Shown here: piece after piece, positions 8,523 through 17,006 of the stretch | How the letters are laid out: the number at the start of each line of letters is the position of its first letter | Numbering within the stretch: position 1 is the first letter of the stretch | IMG/VR virus record: IMGVR_UViG_3300042691_010759 | Strand: one strand, 5' to 3' | DNA: 64,000 nt | Origin: an uncultured virus (IMG/VR IMGVR_UViG_3300042691_010759) | Taxonomy: Duplodnaviria; Heunggongvirae; Uroviricota; Caudoviricetes | Position numbers and translations under genes: made by a program | The notes under the pieces: model-generated | Told to the model about the DNA's origin: nothing | Database searches by the model: none | What the model saw: only the letters and a program-made list of their open reading frames with translations

Positions 8523-8909
8523 ATGAAAATTTCACTTTTACGCTCTTACCGTTCAAAGAACGGTAATGCAACGTTCGTTTACAAAGTAAACGCAACGTCT
8601 GCAGAGCTTACGGCGTTCAAGAACGCACAAGGTGACTACTACCGTGAAGACACGGATGGTACTCCCCTGTGGTTCACCACGCGCTGTGTCGGCTCTACAG
8701 GCAAGCTCATCATCACGACCAACGGAAACGTTGTTCCTGACATGAGCGCCTTTGACCAAGCATCCTCTATTGCTGCGCAATACGGAGGAAACTTCGGTCA
8801 AGAGCTCGCACGCTCTGCCGCCCAAGCAATTTTGGGCACTGCTGCTCCAGCAGGTTCTGTTCCACAGAACACTCCGGAGCAGGAATCACAGGACCTTATG
8901 GACCTGTGA
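8523..8909 (+). CDS. early protein, paralog A (acidic C-terminal tip)
   Basis: about 83/105 N-terminal residues identical to 9730..10119 by manual alignment. Confidence 0.8.
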   Translation: MKISLLRSYRSKNGNATFVYKVNATSAELTAFKNAQGDYYREDTDGTPLWFTTRCVGSTGKLIITTNGNVVPDMSAFDQASSIAAQYGGNFGQELARSAAQAILGTAAPAGSVPQNTPEQESQDLMDL

Positions 8910-8920
8910 TTCACAGCACC

Positions 8921-8956
8921 CAAGAAACCAAGCTCACCGCTTGGTTTCTTTTTTTT
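8921..8956 (+). terminator. intrinsic terminator
   Basis: AAGAAACCAAGC-TCACC-GCTTGGTTTCTT + T-run. Confidence 0.8.
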
Positions 8957-9149
8957 GCTTGTACGCACGCTCCCGGATCTCCGGTCGCCTTCCCTTTTTT
9001 TCTTATGGTGTTCCTTCCAGTCACGCCATAATGTGTTCGCCGTGCTCACGCTCACTCCGCTCGCCATAGTCAGGAAAGCCTGACAGATATGTTAGTTACT
9101 ATCATCAACAAGACATTGCATGACTCAGAGATTTTTTGTATATTTATGT

Positions 9150-9452
9150 ATGGCAACAAAGAAAGTACCTCAAAGAAAGAACAAGAATGCTGGTAAGTCT
9201 ACCGGTAAGTCTGAATCAGCTCAATACTTCGCGGCTAACCCAGAAGCTAGAGCTAAGAAGAATGAATACAATACAAACTATCATAGTTCTGATGAACGTA
9301 AGAAGTATAGAGCTTCACTCAATAAGCTCAGCCGTAAGAACGGTAATAGTACCACGGATAATAGCCACACTAAATCCGGTAAGATAGTTAAGGAATCTAG
9401 ATCCGCTAATAGGGCCCGTAATGGTAAGAACGGTAAGTCTTCTAAGAAATAA
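9150..9452 (+). CDS. highly basic protein, possibly a degenerate HNH-like protein
   Basis: Lys/Arg/Asn-rich; DNSHTKSG...ANRARNG resembles an HNH-like core; ATG 9150 follows GTATATTTATGT. Confidence 0.5.
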   Translation: MATKKVPQRKNKNAGKSTGKSESAQYFAANPEARAKKNEYNTNYHSSDERKKYRASLNKLSRKNGNSTTDNSHTKSGKIVKESRSANRARNGKNGKSSKK

Positions 9453-9460
9453 TCCTCCTC

Positions 9461-9474
9461 CCAACCCCTTCTTG
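9461..9474 (+). promoter_or_regulatory. CCAACCCCTTCTTG element (no hairpin)
   Basis: identical 14-mer at 9636-9649 and 15346-15359. Confidence 0.6.
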
Positions 9475-9635
9475 CTACTAAAGTATTCAGAGTATATAAG
9501 CGCGTGAGAATGTGGTAAGTCAGTTCTCATTCCCGCTAACTGTATTCTGTGTATGTAAACCCGGTTAAGAAGTCTGGGTAGCAGATGACGCGAAGACATA
9601 TTACTTCGTAGTCTTTTAAGTTTATTTTGCTACTC

Positions 9636-9649
9636 CCAACCCCTTCTTG
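9636..9649 (+). promoter_or_regulatory. CCAACCCCTTCTTG element
   Basis: upstream of 9730. Confidence 0.6.
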
Positions 9650-9729
9650 TCAGGAAAGATATGAGTGATAATTGTACTTGTATCCAATGTTTAGTAATTT
9701 ATGTTTAACCCCAAATAAATCAAAACAAG

Positions 9730-10119
9730 ATGAACATCAAGTTGATTAGATCGTACAGATCAAAGAATGGCAACCCTACGTTTGTGTATGGTGTATCAGG
9801 TAAGGCTTCAGATCTTGAGGCATTCAAATCTGCTCAGGGCGATTACTACCGTGAGGATAGTGACGGATCTCCATTGTGGTTTACTACACGTTGTGTAGGA
9901 CAAACCGGAAAGTTGATCATCACTACTAATGGTAATGTAGTGCCGGATATGAGCGCGTATGACCAGGCGGCAAGTTTGGCTTCACAGTATGGAGGTAACT
10001 TCGGTGCTGAGTTGGCTAAGTCTGCAGCGCAGGCTATCCTAGGAGCTTCTGTTCCTACAGCGTCTGTTAGTAAAACTGAATCTGCTCACACAGAGTCAGA
10101 TGATCTAACTGATCTGTAA
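9730..10119 (+). CDS. early protein, paralog B
   Basis: paralog of 8523..8909. Confidence 0.8.
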   Translation: MNIKLIRSYRSKNGNPTFVYGVSGKASDLEAFKSAQGDYYREDSDGSPLWFTTRCVGQTGKLIITTNGNVVPDMSAYDQAASLASQYGGNFGAELAKSAAQAILGASVPTASVSKTESAHTESDDLTDL

Positions 10120-10132
10120 TAAAGAGTAATAA

Positions 10133-10164
10133 TGCCCGTGAGATGAAAGTCTTGCGGGCTTTTT
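10133..10164 (+). terminator. intrinsic terminator
   Basis: GCCCGTGAGA-TGAAAG-TCTTGCGGGC + T5. Confidence 0.75.
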
Positions 10165-10518
10165 ATATCTTTTAGCAGTAAATCTTTTAGTTTTTAAACA
10201 ACTCACATAGTAATTACTGCGTGAGTTACAGGTTTTTTGTAAAAATGTATGAATGAATGTAAGTGGATGCTCTCATACCCCCAATTCATCATAATCATAT
10301 TCACCTTAAATACTATACTTCACGTAGAGTTCTATATTTATATAGATACAATACTGTGAAGTATATGTATTTGTAAATCAAATAGCCATGTATATATTTA
10401 ACTTTACGCCACAGGCAAGAGAGTGTAAGAGATGTCATACCTCTTCTCACATAGTATTGGTACAACTTACCAATGGGAGACAAGTACAGAAGTGTAAACA
10501 ATGTAATACTTACGTGTA

Positions 10519-10758
10519 ATGGATATAGGTACAGTAATACGGATCGTAGAGATGTTAGATAACAGGCTCTCGGTCATAGAAGAGAAAGCCAAGGGTTTTC
10601 CAAAGACTAAATTAGGAGGAGATATTCCCATTGAACTGGTATTAGAGATTTCTAATAACGGAGAAAGGAATGCACTCCGGGAACTCAAGCTTCACTTAGA
10701 AGATTATCTTGAGTACCAGGTCACTCAAGCAGAGAATGCATTAGGTAGGGGGGAGTGA
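10519..10758 (+). CDS. hypothetical protein
   Basis: 79 aa ORF. Confidence 0.6.
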   Translation: MDIGTVIRIVEMLDNRLSVIEEKAKGFPKTKLGGDIPIELVLEISNNGERNALRELKLHLEDYLEYQVTQAENALGRGE

Positions 10759-10793
10759 TCCCTCTGTTATTTATTCACTTAACACCGTTAGCC

Positions 10794-11030
10794 ATGGGAT
10801 TAGGAAGAAAGTCACGCGAAGAAATTATACAGGAAGAATATGATAAGCTCATGAATGAGGTTACTGATTCAGAACTTCCTAGCCGTATGTTAGATTACTA
10901 CGGCATGCCTGCACTGTCAATACCGCCGGATGATTTAATCACCTGCAGTAAGTGTGGCAAAGAGTATCCTGAGTCTGAAGGACCAGACGGATACTGTTCA
11001 CGTTCATGCTTTGAACGGGATCAAATTTAA
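10794..11030 (+). CDS. hypothetical protein with C-terminal Cys cluster
   Basis: CSKCG...YCSRSC zinc-binding pattern. Confidence 0.55.
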   Translation: MGLGRKSREEIIQEEYDKLMNEVTDSELPSRMLDYYGMPALSIPPDDLITCSKCGKEYPESEGPDGYCSRSCFERDQI

Positions 11031-11032
11031 AA

Positions 11033-11210
11033 TAGTGCGACACCACAGTCGCATCCATATAACATTACAATAAAGGAAAGTTTGTTCCTTGTATTGTTAG
11101 ACATTCACATTGACCTTGTAAGATACTCAGGTAGAGTGGTTTAGGTTAGATTTGCATGGCTAAGTGTATGACACAGGTGTCGCAGTCATTGCGACACAGG
11201 TGTCGTACTA
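11033..11210 (+). repeat. three GACAC-N2-GTGTC-type palindromes flanking a structured segment
   Basis: TGCGACACCACAGTCGCA 11036-11053; TGACACAGGTGTCGCA 11169-11184; TGCGACACAGGTGTCGTA 11190-11207. Confidence 0.65.
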
Positions 11211-11331
11211 TATAAAAATTATCACTATATTTGTGATGACACGGAGGGACGTGTATAAATAGGTGCTTAGGTCCCCGCGTTGAGCTTCAATTTAATGGTC
11301 AATAAAATTGTGTAACCATTAAAACTATTGT

Positions 11332-11568
11332 ATGAAAGCATTAGGAATTGAAGTAAAGTTAGAACAAGATCAGATTAATGATATGGTATCATACATTAAT
11401 CACAATTACCCGGAGGTATTTGGACAGATCTGGCAAGCAGGATATGACTCTAACATTTGTAGCTGTGCTATAGAATGGGAGGAGCAACAGCGAGGATGCT
11501 GGCAATGTCCTACTTGTGGTGGTGCTGGACAGCATCATTGTTTTAACTGTGATCCTTACCCCAATTAG
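11332..11568 (+). CDS. small Cys-rich protein
   Basis: CSC, CPTC and CFNC motifs; TATATTTG at 11226-11233 upstream. Confidence 0.6.
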   Translation: MKALGIEVKLEQDQINDMVSYINHNYPEVFGQIWQAGYDSNICSCAIEWEEQQRGCWQCPTCGGAGQHHCFNCDPYPN

Positions 11569-11700
11569 GATCTCAGGTGCACTGCACGAAGTTTGGCAGC
11601 GTAAACACTGGTCAGTGAAACGCTGTAGGTTAGACTATAACCTTGAGCTGTTGATGAAGGAAGTAATCATCGGCTCTCAACTATAGTCAACAAAGACATT

Positions 11701-11955
11701 GGTATTAAAGATTACATCAGCACTTTTAAAACAGAGCTATAAATCGGAAACCCTGCGCGTGGGATAATACGCGTAAGTTAATCTGTAAGTACCATATTGT
11801 TCGTTGAAAGATTACTCCAGCACTTGTATCAAAAACTAGATCCAAGTAACAGGAAGCGGGCCGGAGTGTAGATACTCTAGCGCGGGAAGTAATCTGAGGA
11901 CAAAAGCTCGCGCTTGTAGGGGAAACCTTCCATAGCCCGCTTCCATATTTTTTTT
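11701..11955 (+). ncRNA. two tandem structured RNA units upstream of the DUF2828/TROVE-like gene
   Basis: AAAGATTACnnCAGCACTT at 11707 and 11807; the AGATTA in each pairs with a downstream TAATCT. Confidence 0.55.
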
Positions 11956-11988
11956 AGAACCTTAACCATCACAAATACTTTAACCCTT

Positions 11989-13422
11989 ATGAGATCACAA
12001 CTTATTAATGCAGCAAGACAGTACGATTCTTTCACAGCTAATGGAGCAACAACACACAGCACATCTACGGATTACTGCGTGGACTTGTTCTTCATAGCAG
12101 GAGCATCAAGACATATGCCGGAAGGTGATATGATCATGATGTGGGAGAGAGCTCGTGGTGAGAACGCGGAGGTTGCGTACAGAATTTTATTCTGGTCACG
12201 TGACTGTCGTGGCGGTGCGGGTGAGAAGAGATTCTTCCGTACTATCGCTAAGCATGAGAGCGAGTTTCGTTCTAAGACTTGGGAAGCATTGTCTGTACTC
12301 TCTTCTGAGTACGGATCATGGAAAGATTTCTTTGATGTTGAGCGCATAGACGCAGATACATTAAGCTTTCTTAACACGCAGCTTGATGAGTCTCAGCACG
12401 CGAACCTCTTAGCTAAGTGGTTTCCACGTAAAGGACCTTGGTTTACCGGGATGCATAAGCATTTAGGTATTACACCAAAGGCTTTACGTCAGCGTCTCGT
12501 TAGTCTATCTAACACCGTTGAACAGAAGATGTGTAAGAAACAATGGGAAACCATTGAGTATTCTAAAGTACCTTCTGTAGCTATGAATCAATATCGTAAT
12601 ACGTTTATGCGTAGAGATGGTAAGAGATTCACTGCGTTCAATGAGGATGTGTTAGATGGCACGGCGAAAGTCAACGCGTCAGTATTGTTTCCTCACTTGC
12701 TATTCCAAGCAATGCAGCAGGGGCAAGATCTGAAAGCGGTGCAAGCACAGTGGCAAAGCTTACCTAACTACATGGAAGGTTCTACGGAACGTATACTTCC
12801 TGTGTGTGATGTGAGTGGATCCATGGCCGGCTTGCCAATGGATGTAAGTGTAGCGTTAGGGCTTTACATCTCTGAGCGTAATGAAGGTATCTTTAAGGAT
12901 GCTGTAATTACATTCAGTGAGAGTCCTCAGATGCATTACATCCAAGGTGACACATTGTATTCTAGATTTAGAAATCTAGCTAATGCAGATTGGGGAGGTT
13001 GTACAAACTTGCAAGCAACGTTTGACCTCATCCTTAATGCTGCGTTACGCGAAAACCTAGATAGTAATCAGATGCCTACCAAGCTGTTAATCATCTCTGA
13101 CATGGAGTTTGATGAAGCAGAAGGATCAGGCTATGGGTACAATCGTAGGCAGAAGACTAACTTAGATGTAATCAAAGACAAGTATGCCGCTAGCGGATAT
13201 ACTATGCCGGAGATCATCTTTTGGAATGTCAATGGACGTGTTGGAAACGTGCCCGCGAACTCAGCAGAGTCGGGTGTAGGACTGATAAGTGGGTTTAGCC
13301 CTGCTATCCTTAAGGCTGTACTGAAAGGTCAGGTGGCAACGCCTAGAGATCTGATGTTAACAGCAGTAATGGATGAGCGCTATGCTCCTGTTAGTGTTAT
13401 GCTACGTCTGTTTTCTGAATAA
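11989..13422 (+). CDS. DUF2828-family TROVE/Ro60-like protein with C-terminal vWA domain
   Basis: RDCRGGAGEK, LAKWFPR, YSKVPS; MIDAS DVSGSM; ISDMEFD; IIFWNV; SGFSP. Confidence 0.8.
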   Translation: MRSQLINAARQYDSFTANGATTHSTSTDYCVDLFFIAGASRHMPEGDMIMMWERARGENAEVAYRILFWSRDCRGGAGEKRFFRTIAKHESEFRSKTWEALSVLSSEYGSWKDFFDVERIDADTLSFLNTQLDESQHANLLAKWFPRKGPWFTGMHKHLGITPKALRQRLVSLSNTVEQKMCKKQWETIEYSKVPSVAMNQYRNTFMRRDGKRFTAFNEDVLDGTAKVNASVLFPHLLFQAMQQGQDLKAVQAQWQSLPNYMEGSTERILPVCDVSGSMAGLPMDVSVALGLYISERNEGIFKDAVITFSESPQMHYIQGDTLYSRFRNLANADWGGCTNLQATFDLILNAALRENLDSNQMPTKLLIISDMEFDEAEGSGYGYNRRQKTNLDVIKDKYAASGYTMPEIIFWNVNGRVGNVPANSAESGVGLISGFSPAILKAVLKGQVATPRDLMLTAVMDERYAPVSVMLRLFSE

Positions 13423-13711
13423 GATTCGGAGGTATTGGTAGTGCCTTGGCAACAGAAGTCTACCATTTTTTTAACTCTTAACCAAACCAAAGATGCTATC
13501 AGTATTATACTTTACAGGTGCAGCTCTAGTATTCCTGCTATGGGCGGGAGCAATAGATAGAAAGTCATATTGACTTTCTTTTATATCAAGGTTAACACCC
13601 TGATACCTTACTTCGTAAAAAAGTGTAACGGCTCCGCAGTTACTCTTTTTTTTTCAAGCCCTGTTAAGAATGCTAAGCTATAGTAATCACATAAAATAAA
13701 CCAACAATACC

Positions 13712-14179
13712 ATGGAAAGAAAAACATTTAGAGCTGACTTTGATATAAAGCAGCTGAAAGAAATGCTCAGTAATAATATCACTGGGCCCAATAAAGAATT
13801 GCTTGTTGAAACAATTGTATCTATAGCACAGGATCATCATGAAGATCATAACTGTTCTGCATTACTAATGAGTTGTCTCGGTGTTAAACCCGTAGTAGAC
13901 TACCATGTAGGAGATGGAGTAGATGTTAACATCTTTGGTATATCAACGTGGGATTGGGATAAAGCTGCAATGCAAATACATAAGCTATTAACAGTACCAG
14001 AACAAGGTGGTGAGATAGTCAGTGCTGAAATTGTTGATGTAAATCCATACTCATACAATCAGTACAAGATTAAGTATTCATACATGAACAAGTCTGATGA
14101 TCGTCCTACAATAACAGGAACACAGTGGATGAAGGCAGAATATATTGTTGGGTACACTGAAGAGTGGCCAATACAATAA
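13712..14179 (+). CDS. hypothetical protein
   Basis: 155 aa ORF. Confidence 0.7.
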   Translation: MERKTFRADFDIKQLKEMLSNNITGPNKELLVETIVSIAQDHHEDHNCSALLMSCLGVKPVVDYHVGDGVDVNIFGISTWDWDKAAMQIHKLLTVPEQGGEIVSAEIVDVNPYSYNQYKIKYSYMNKSDDRPTITGTQWMKAEYIVGYTEEWPIQ

Positions 14180-14185
14180 GCTATC

Positions 14186-14434
14186 ATGGGAGGGAAAGCT
14201 AGGTTCGGAATAGTATATGCGGACGTTATCCAGGATCCTGGGTTATCAATGAATGCTAAGGCAGTGTATGCTTTGCTTGCTACGTTTGCTAATAAGAAAC
14301 GTGAATGTTTTCCTTCCATTACACATCTCTCTGAATTACTTAGTGTCAACAGAAGAACTGTTGAAAGATCTATAAGTGAATTGAAATCAAAAGGATACAT
14401 TCAGAAGTCAGGTAAACTATTTACAATTAACTAA
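14186..14434 (+). CDS. helix-turn-helix protein (HTH_36-like)
   Basis: LSMNAKAVYALL...CFPSITHLSELLSVNRRTVERSISELKSKGYI. Confidence 0.75.
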   Translation: MGGKARFGIVYADVIQDPGLSMNAKAVYALLATFANKKRECFPSITHLSELLSVNRRTVERSISELKSKGYIQKSGKLFTIN

Positions 14435-14481
14435 TTGTAGCTATATGTTATACCTTAAAGTGATAAGACTATTAAACTTTC

Positions 14482-14512
14482 TTTGTTATAGCAATGTAAT
14501 GATTTATATTTG
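14482..14512 (+). promoter_or_regulatory. Bacteroidota sigma-70-type promoter
   Basis: TTTG 14482-14485, 19 nt spacer, TATATTTG 14505-14512. Confidence 0.7.
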
Positions 14513-14530
14513 TTATACAATGTTTGTTAA

Positions 14531-14776
14531 ATGTATTACCAGTTAGTGAATGGTCAGGTCGTCTACCTATCAATAGAAGAATATCTTTCTTTGAATGATC
14601 AGGAGTTTAAAGATCTCTTATCAAGAGGTCATGGCGAAGAACCCTCTCATAATTTCTTTTATGGTAAGCAAACAAATGAAGTTGACATAGTATATCTTGA
14701 AGAGAATCCCTTAGATATACCTGATGAAGATGACTACATAGACTTCAGCAGAATAGACTTTGATAATCTAGAATAA
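14531..14776 (+). CDS. acidic hypothetical protein
   Basis: 81 aa ORF downstream of the promoter. Confidence 0.7.
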   Translation: MYYQLVNGQVVYLSIEEYLSLNDQEFKDLLSRGHGEEPSHNFFYGKQTNEVDIVYLEENPLDIPDEDDYIDFSRIDFDNLE

Positions 14777-14795
14777 TATTTTCCGTGGTGGAAAC

Positions 14796-14992
14796 ATTCG
14801 GTCATAGTATGGGTATGCCCTACTAACACATCTAGCGGACTGTGACTGAATACTAATGCACCATTCCTCATTCCCAAGGTGAGGCAGTTGTTGATCAAGC
14901 TCCCGTGAAGTTACCCTAAAAAGTAATGTGAGGTGTGATGCTTGAGGAGAGGTAACGTTACTCCAAAGAGTAGCTTTCAACAACTGAGTGCA
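14796..14992 (+). ncRNA. highly structured intergenic RNA candidate
   Basis: 13-bp and 10-bp stems plus nested stems and a possible pseudoknot. Confidence 0.5.
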
Positions 14993-15033
14993 GAGGGGTA
15001 TTAAATTCATACAACCTTAATCAGCTACTCAAG

Positions 15034-15234
15034 ATGAAAAGAAACAAACTAATGACTGAAGATAACTTTCTAGAGTATATTAAACTCACAAGAAAGTTAA
15101 GGAATCATATAATGGTAATGGAATCATTAATGATTTTCAATAAGAGAAAAGGTAACAAAGTAGGTTATTTCAAAAATCAAATTGAAATAGCAGAAAAAAA
15201 ACTTTCTAAACTATGCGGAAGAATGCCTTTCTAG
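15034..15234 (+). CDS. hypothetical protein
   Basis: 66 aa ORF. Confidence 0.55.
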   Translation: MKRNKLMTEDNFLEYIKLTRKLRNHIMVMESLMIFNKRKGNKVGYFKNQIEIAEKKLSKLCGRMPF

Positions 15235-15345
15235 AATCAATAAGAAAAGAAATACCCATATCTCTGCGGGTTAAAATAAAAGAACGTGTTGAGAAAATAA
15301 TTGAAACGCGTAAGAAAGGTTGATCTAAAGACACGGAAGATGTTA

Positions 15346-15359
15346 CCAACCCCTTCTTG
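15346..15359 (+). promoter_or_regulatory. CCAACCCCTTCTTG element
   Basis: third identical copy; upstream of 15502. Confidence 0.6.
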
Positions 15360-15501
15360 TTACCAATGCGTGTTTAGTATGTAAGCATCTATAGTAATTT
15401 GTGCTATAAAGATTCCCGCGTACCGCGTCAAAGATATAGGGTTAGGACACCCTTGAGAATAGTCCAATCATTTAATTTTTAATTCCTTAAACCAAATCAA
15501 G

Positions 15502-15966
15502 ATGGATGCAAAAGTTGTAGTAACTGCAGACAAAGCAGGAAATGTAATCACAAGAAGTCAAACAAATGCAGACTTCGGTCACATCAGAGTTGAGCAAACT
15601 CGCATGGTCATTGATGACAATGGATTTGCTCGCATGAAGAAGCTATCCGCACTAATCCCAGGAACTGTTGAAGACCTGTTAGGATTCGGATGGACTGCCG
15701 GTTCAGAAGTAACCGGTAAGATTGTCATCAAGGAGCGTCTTACTCCTTTTAATGCCAAGGATCCGGAACGCGATTACAAGATCGCAGGTGCTTCAGGTAT
15801 TGTGTGTACTAAGAATGGTATGCCAATTTACCGCAAGCATTTCTTCACGTTCAACGGGAACGCTCAAGATGAGCCTGTAGAACATGATAACCAGGATGAG
15901 ATCAAGGCGGCTTATGCAGATGTTAAAGAATCTGCTATCAGGCCGAATGATGATTTCAATCTGTAA
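15502..15966 (+). CDS. phage protein, possibly SSB/OB-fold-like
   Basis: beta-rich, acidic-aromatic C-terminal tip (DDFNL); own terminator. Confidence 0.5.
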   Translation: MDAKVVVTADKAGNVITRSQTNADFGHIRVEQTRMVIDDNGFARMKKLSALIPGTVEDLLGFGWTAGSEVTGKIVIKERLTPFNAKDPERDYKIAGASGIVCTKNGMPIYRKHFFTFNGNAQDEPVEHDNQDEIKAAYADVKESAIRPNDDFNL

Positions 15967-16004
15967 GATAAGGCAAGGGCAAACCTTACGGTAGTACCTT
16001 GTAC

Positions 16005-16048
16005 AGGAAGATGGTGGGATGTTTCATCCTACCGTCTTCCTTTTTTTT
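16005..16048 (+). terminator. intrinsic terminator
   Basis: AGGAAGATGGTGGGAT...ATCCTACCGTCTTCCT + T-run. Confidence 0.85.
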
Positions 16049-16097
16049 ATTAAGTCAAGATAGACAATTTAGTATGTAGAATTTAAAAGCAGTAACC

Positions 16098-16592
16098 ATG
16101 GAAAAATCTAAGAAACTTATTCAGCTAGAAACTAGAGAAGATAGAACTCATTATACTGGAAAGTATAGTGACTTTCAATCTTTCGGTAATTCATTTAACG
16201 GTATCAAGTACTCTGTAAAGTATGAGAAGGATCCTTTCAATGAGTACCAAAACTTTCTATACAAACGCGCACTCTTTGGTCTAAAGATGTACACTCAAGA
16301 TGAAGTCAAGGCTATGCATTGGCAGAAGAGAGATAGAATTAAGAAGGTCCACAAAAGAACACAGGATACATTGAACGTCTGGAAGCAACAGATTATGATC
16401 GAGAAGACTAATAAGTTGTTTGAGATGTTCTTTCCTGACTCACCCATTACGTCAGCATTATTAACTTACTCTGATGTGGATCCTGCCTTCCGTAATATGC
16501 TAGACTTTAAAAGTCTTGGTATAACAAAGGAAGATATAGTAAATAAACTATGTCAAGAAAATATTCTACCTCATAACTTTGCGGAGTTATGA
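16098..16592 (+). CDS. hypothetical protein
   Basis: 164 aa ORF. Confidence 0.75.
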   Translation: MEKSKKLIQLETREDRTHYTGKYSDFQSFGNSFNGIKYSVKYEKDPFNEYQNFLYKRALFGLKMYTQDEVKAMHWQKRDRIKKVHKRTQDTLNVWKQQIMIEKTNKLFEMFFPDSPITSALLTYSDVDPAFRNMLDFKSLGITKEDIVNKLCQENILPHNFAEL

Positions 16593-17005
16593 AACCAAAG
16601 ATGAAGGTTTGTGATGGGTGCGGGAATGAGAAACTCATATGGAAGAACAGTGAGGGCAATAGGTATTGCAAGTATTGTTGGTCAAGTAGAAATACTCACA
16701 GTAAACCAATAGCTAACAAGAAGCTTAAACCTATTGCTCCTCGTTCCCGTAAAAAACAAATCCAAGACAAGGAGTACTCTAAACTGCGGAAAGACTTTCT
16801 TTACTATCATCCAATCTGCCAAGCACAACTGCAGAACATCTGCACCACACAAGCAACAGACGTTCACCACAAAGCGGGTAGAATAGGTAGTAACTATCTA
16901 GATACAACTACATGGCTATCTGTCTGTAGAATGTGTCATACATGGATAGAAGAACATCCCAAAGAATCAAGAGAACTCGGTTACTCAAAATCTAAAATTA
17001 CTTAG
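16589..17005 (+). CDS. HNH-like endonuclease with N-terminal zinc finger
   Basis: CDGC...CKYC; C...C...DVHH...CRMCH. Confidence 0.7.
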   Translation: MKPKMKVCDGCGNEKLIWKNSEGNRYCKYCWSSRNTHSKPIANKKLKPIAPRSRKKQIQDKEYSKLRKDFLYYHPICQAQLQNICTTQATDVHHKAGRIGSNYLDTTTWLSVCRMCHTWIEEHPKESRELGYSKSKIT

Positions 17006-17006
17006 A

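Noticed and set aside
11597..11672. Hammerhead ribozyme (TGATGA and GAAAC nearby)
   Set aside because: The CUGANGA and GAAA core elements are not arranged around three compatible stems.
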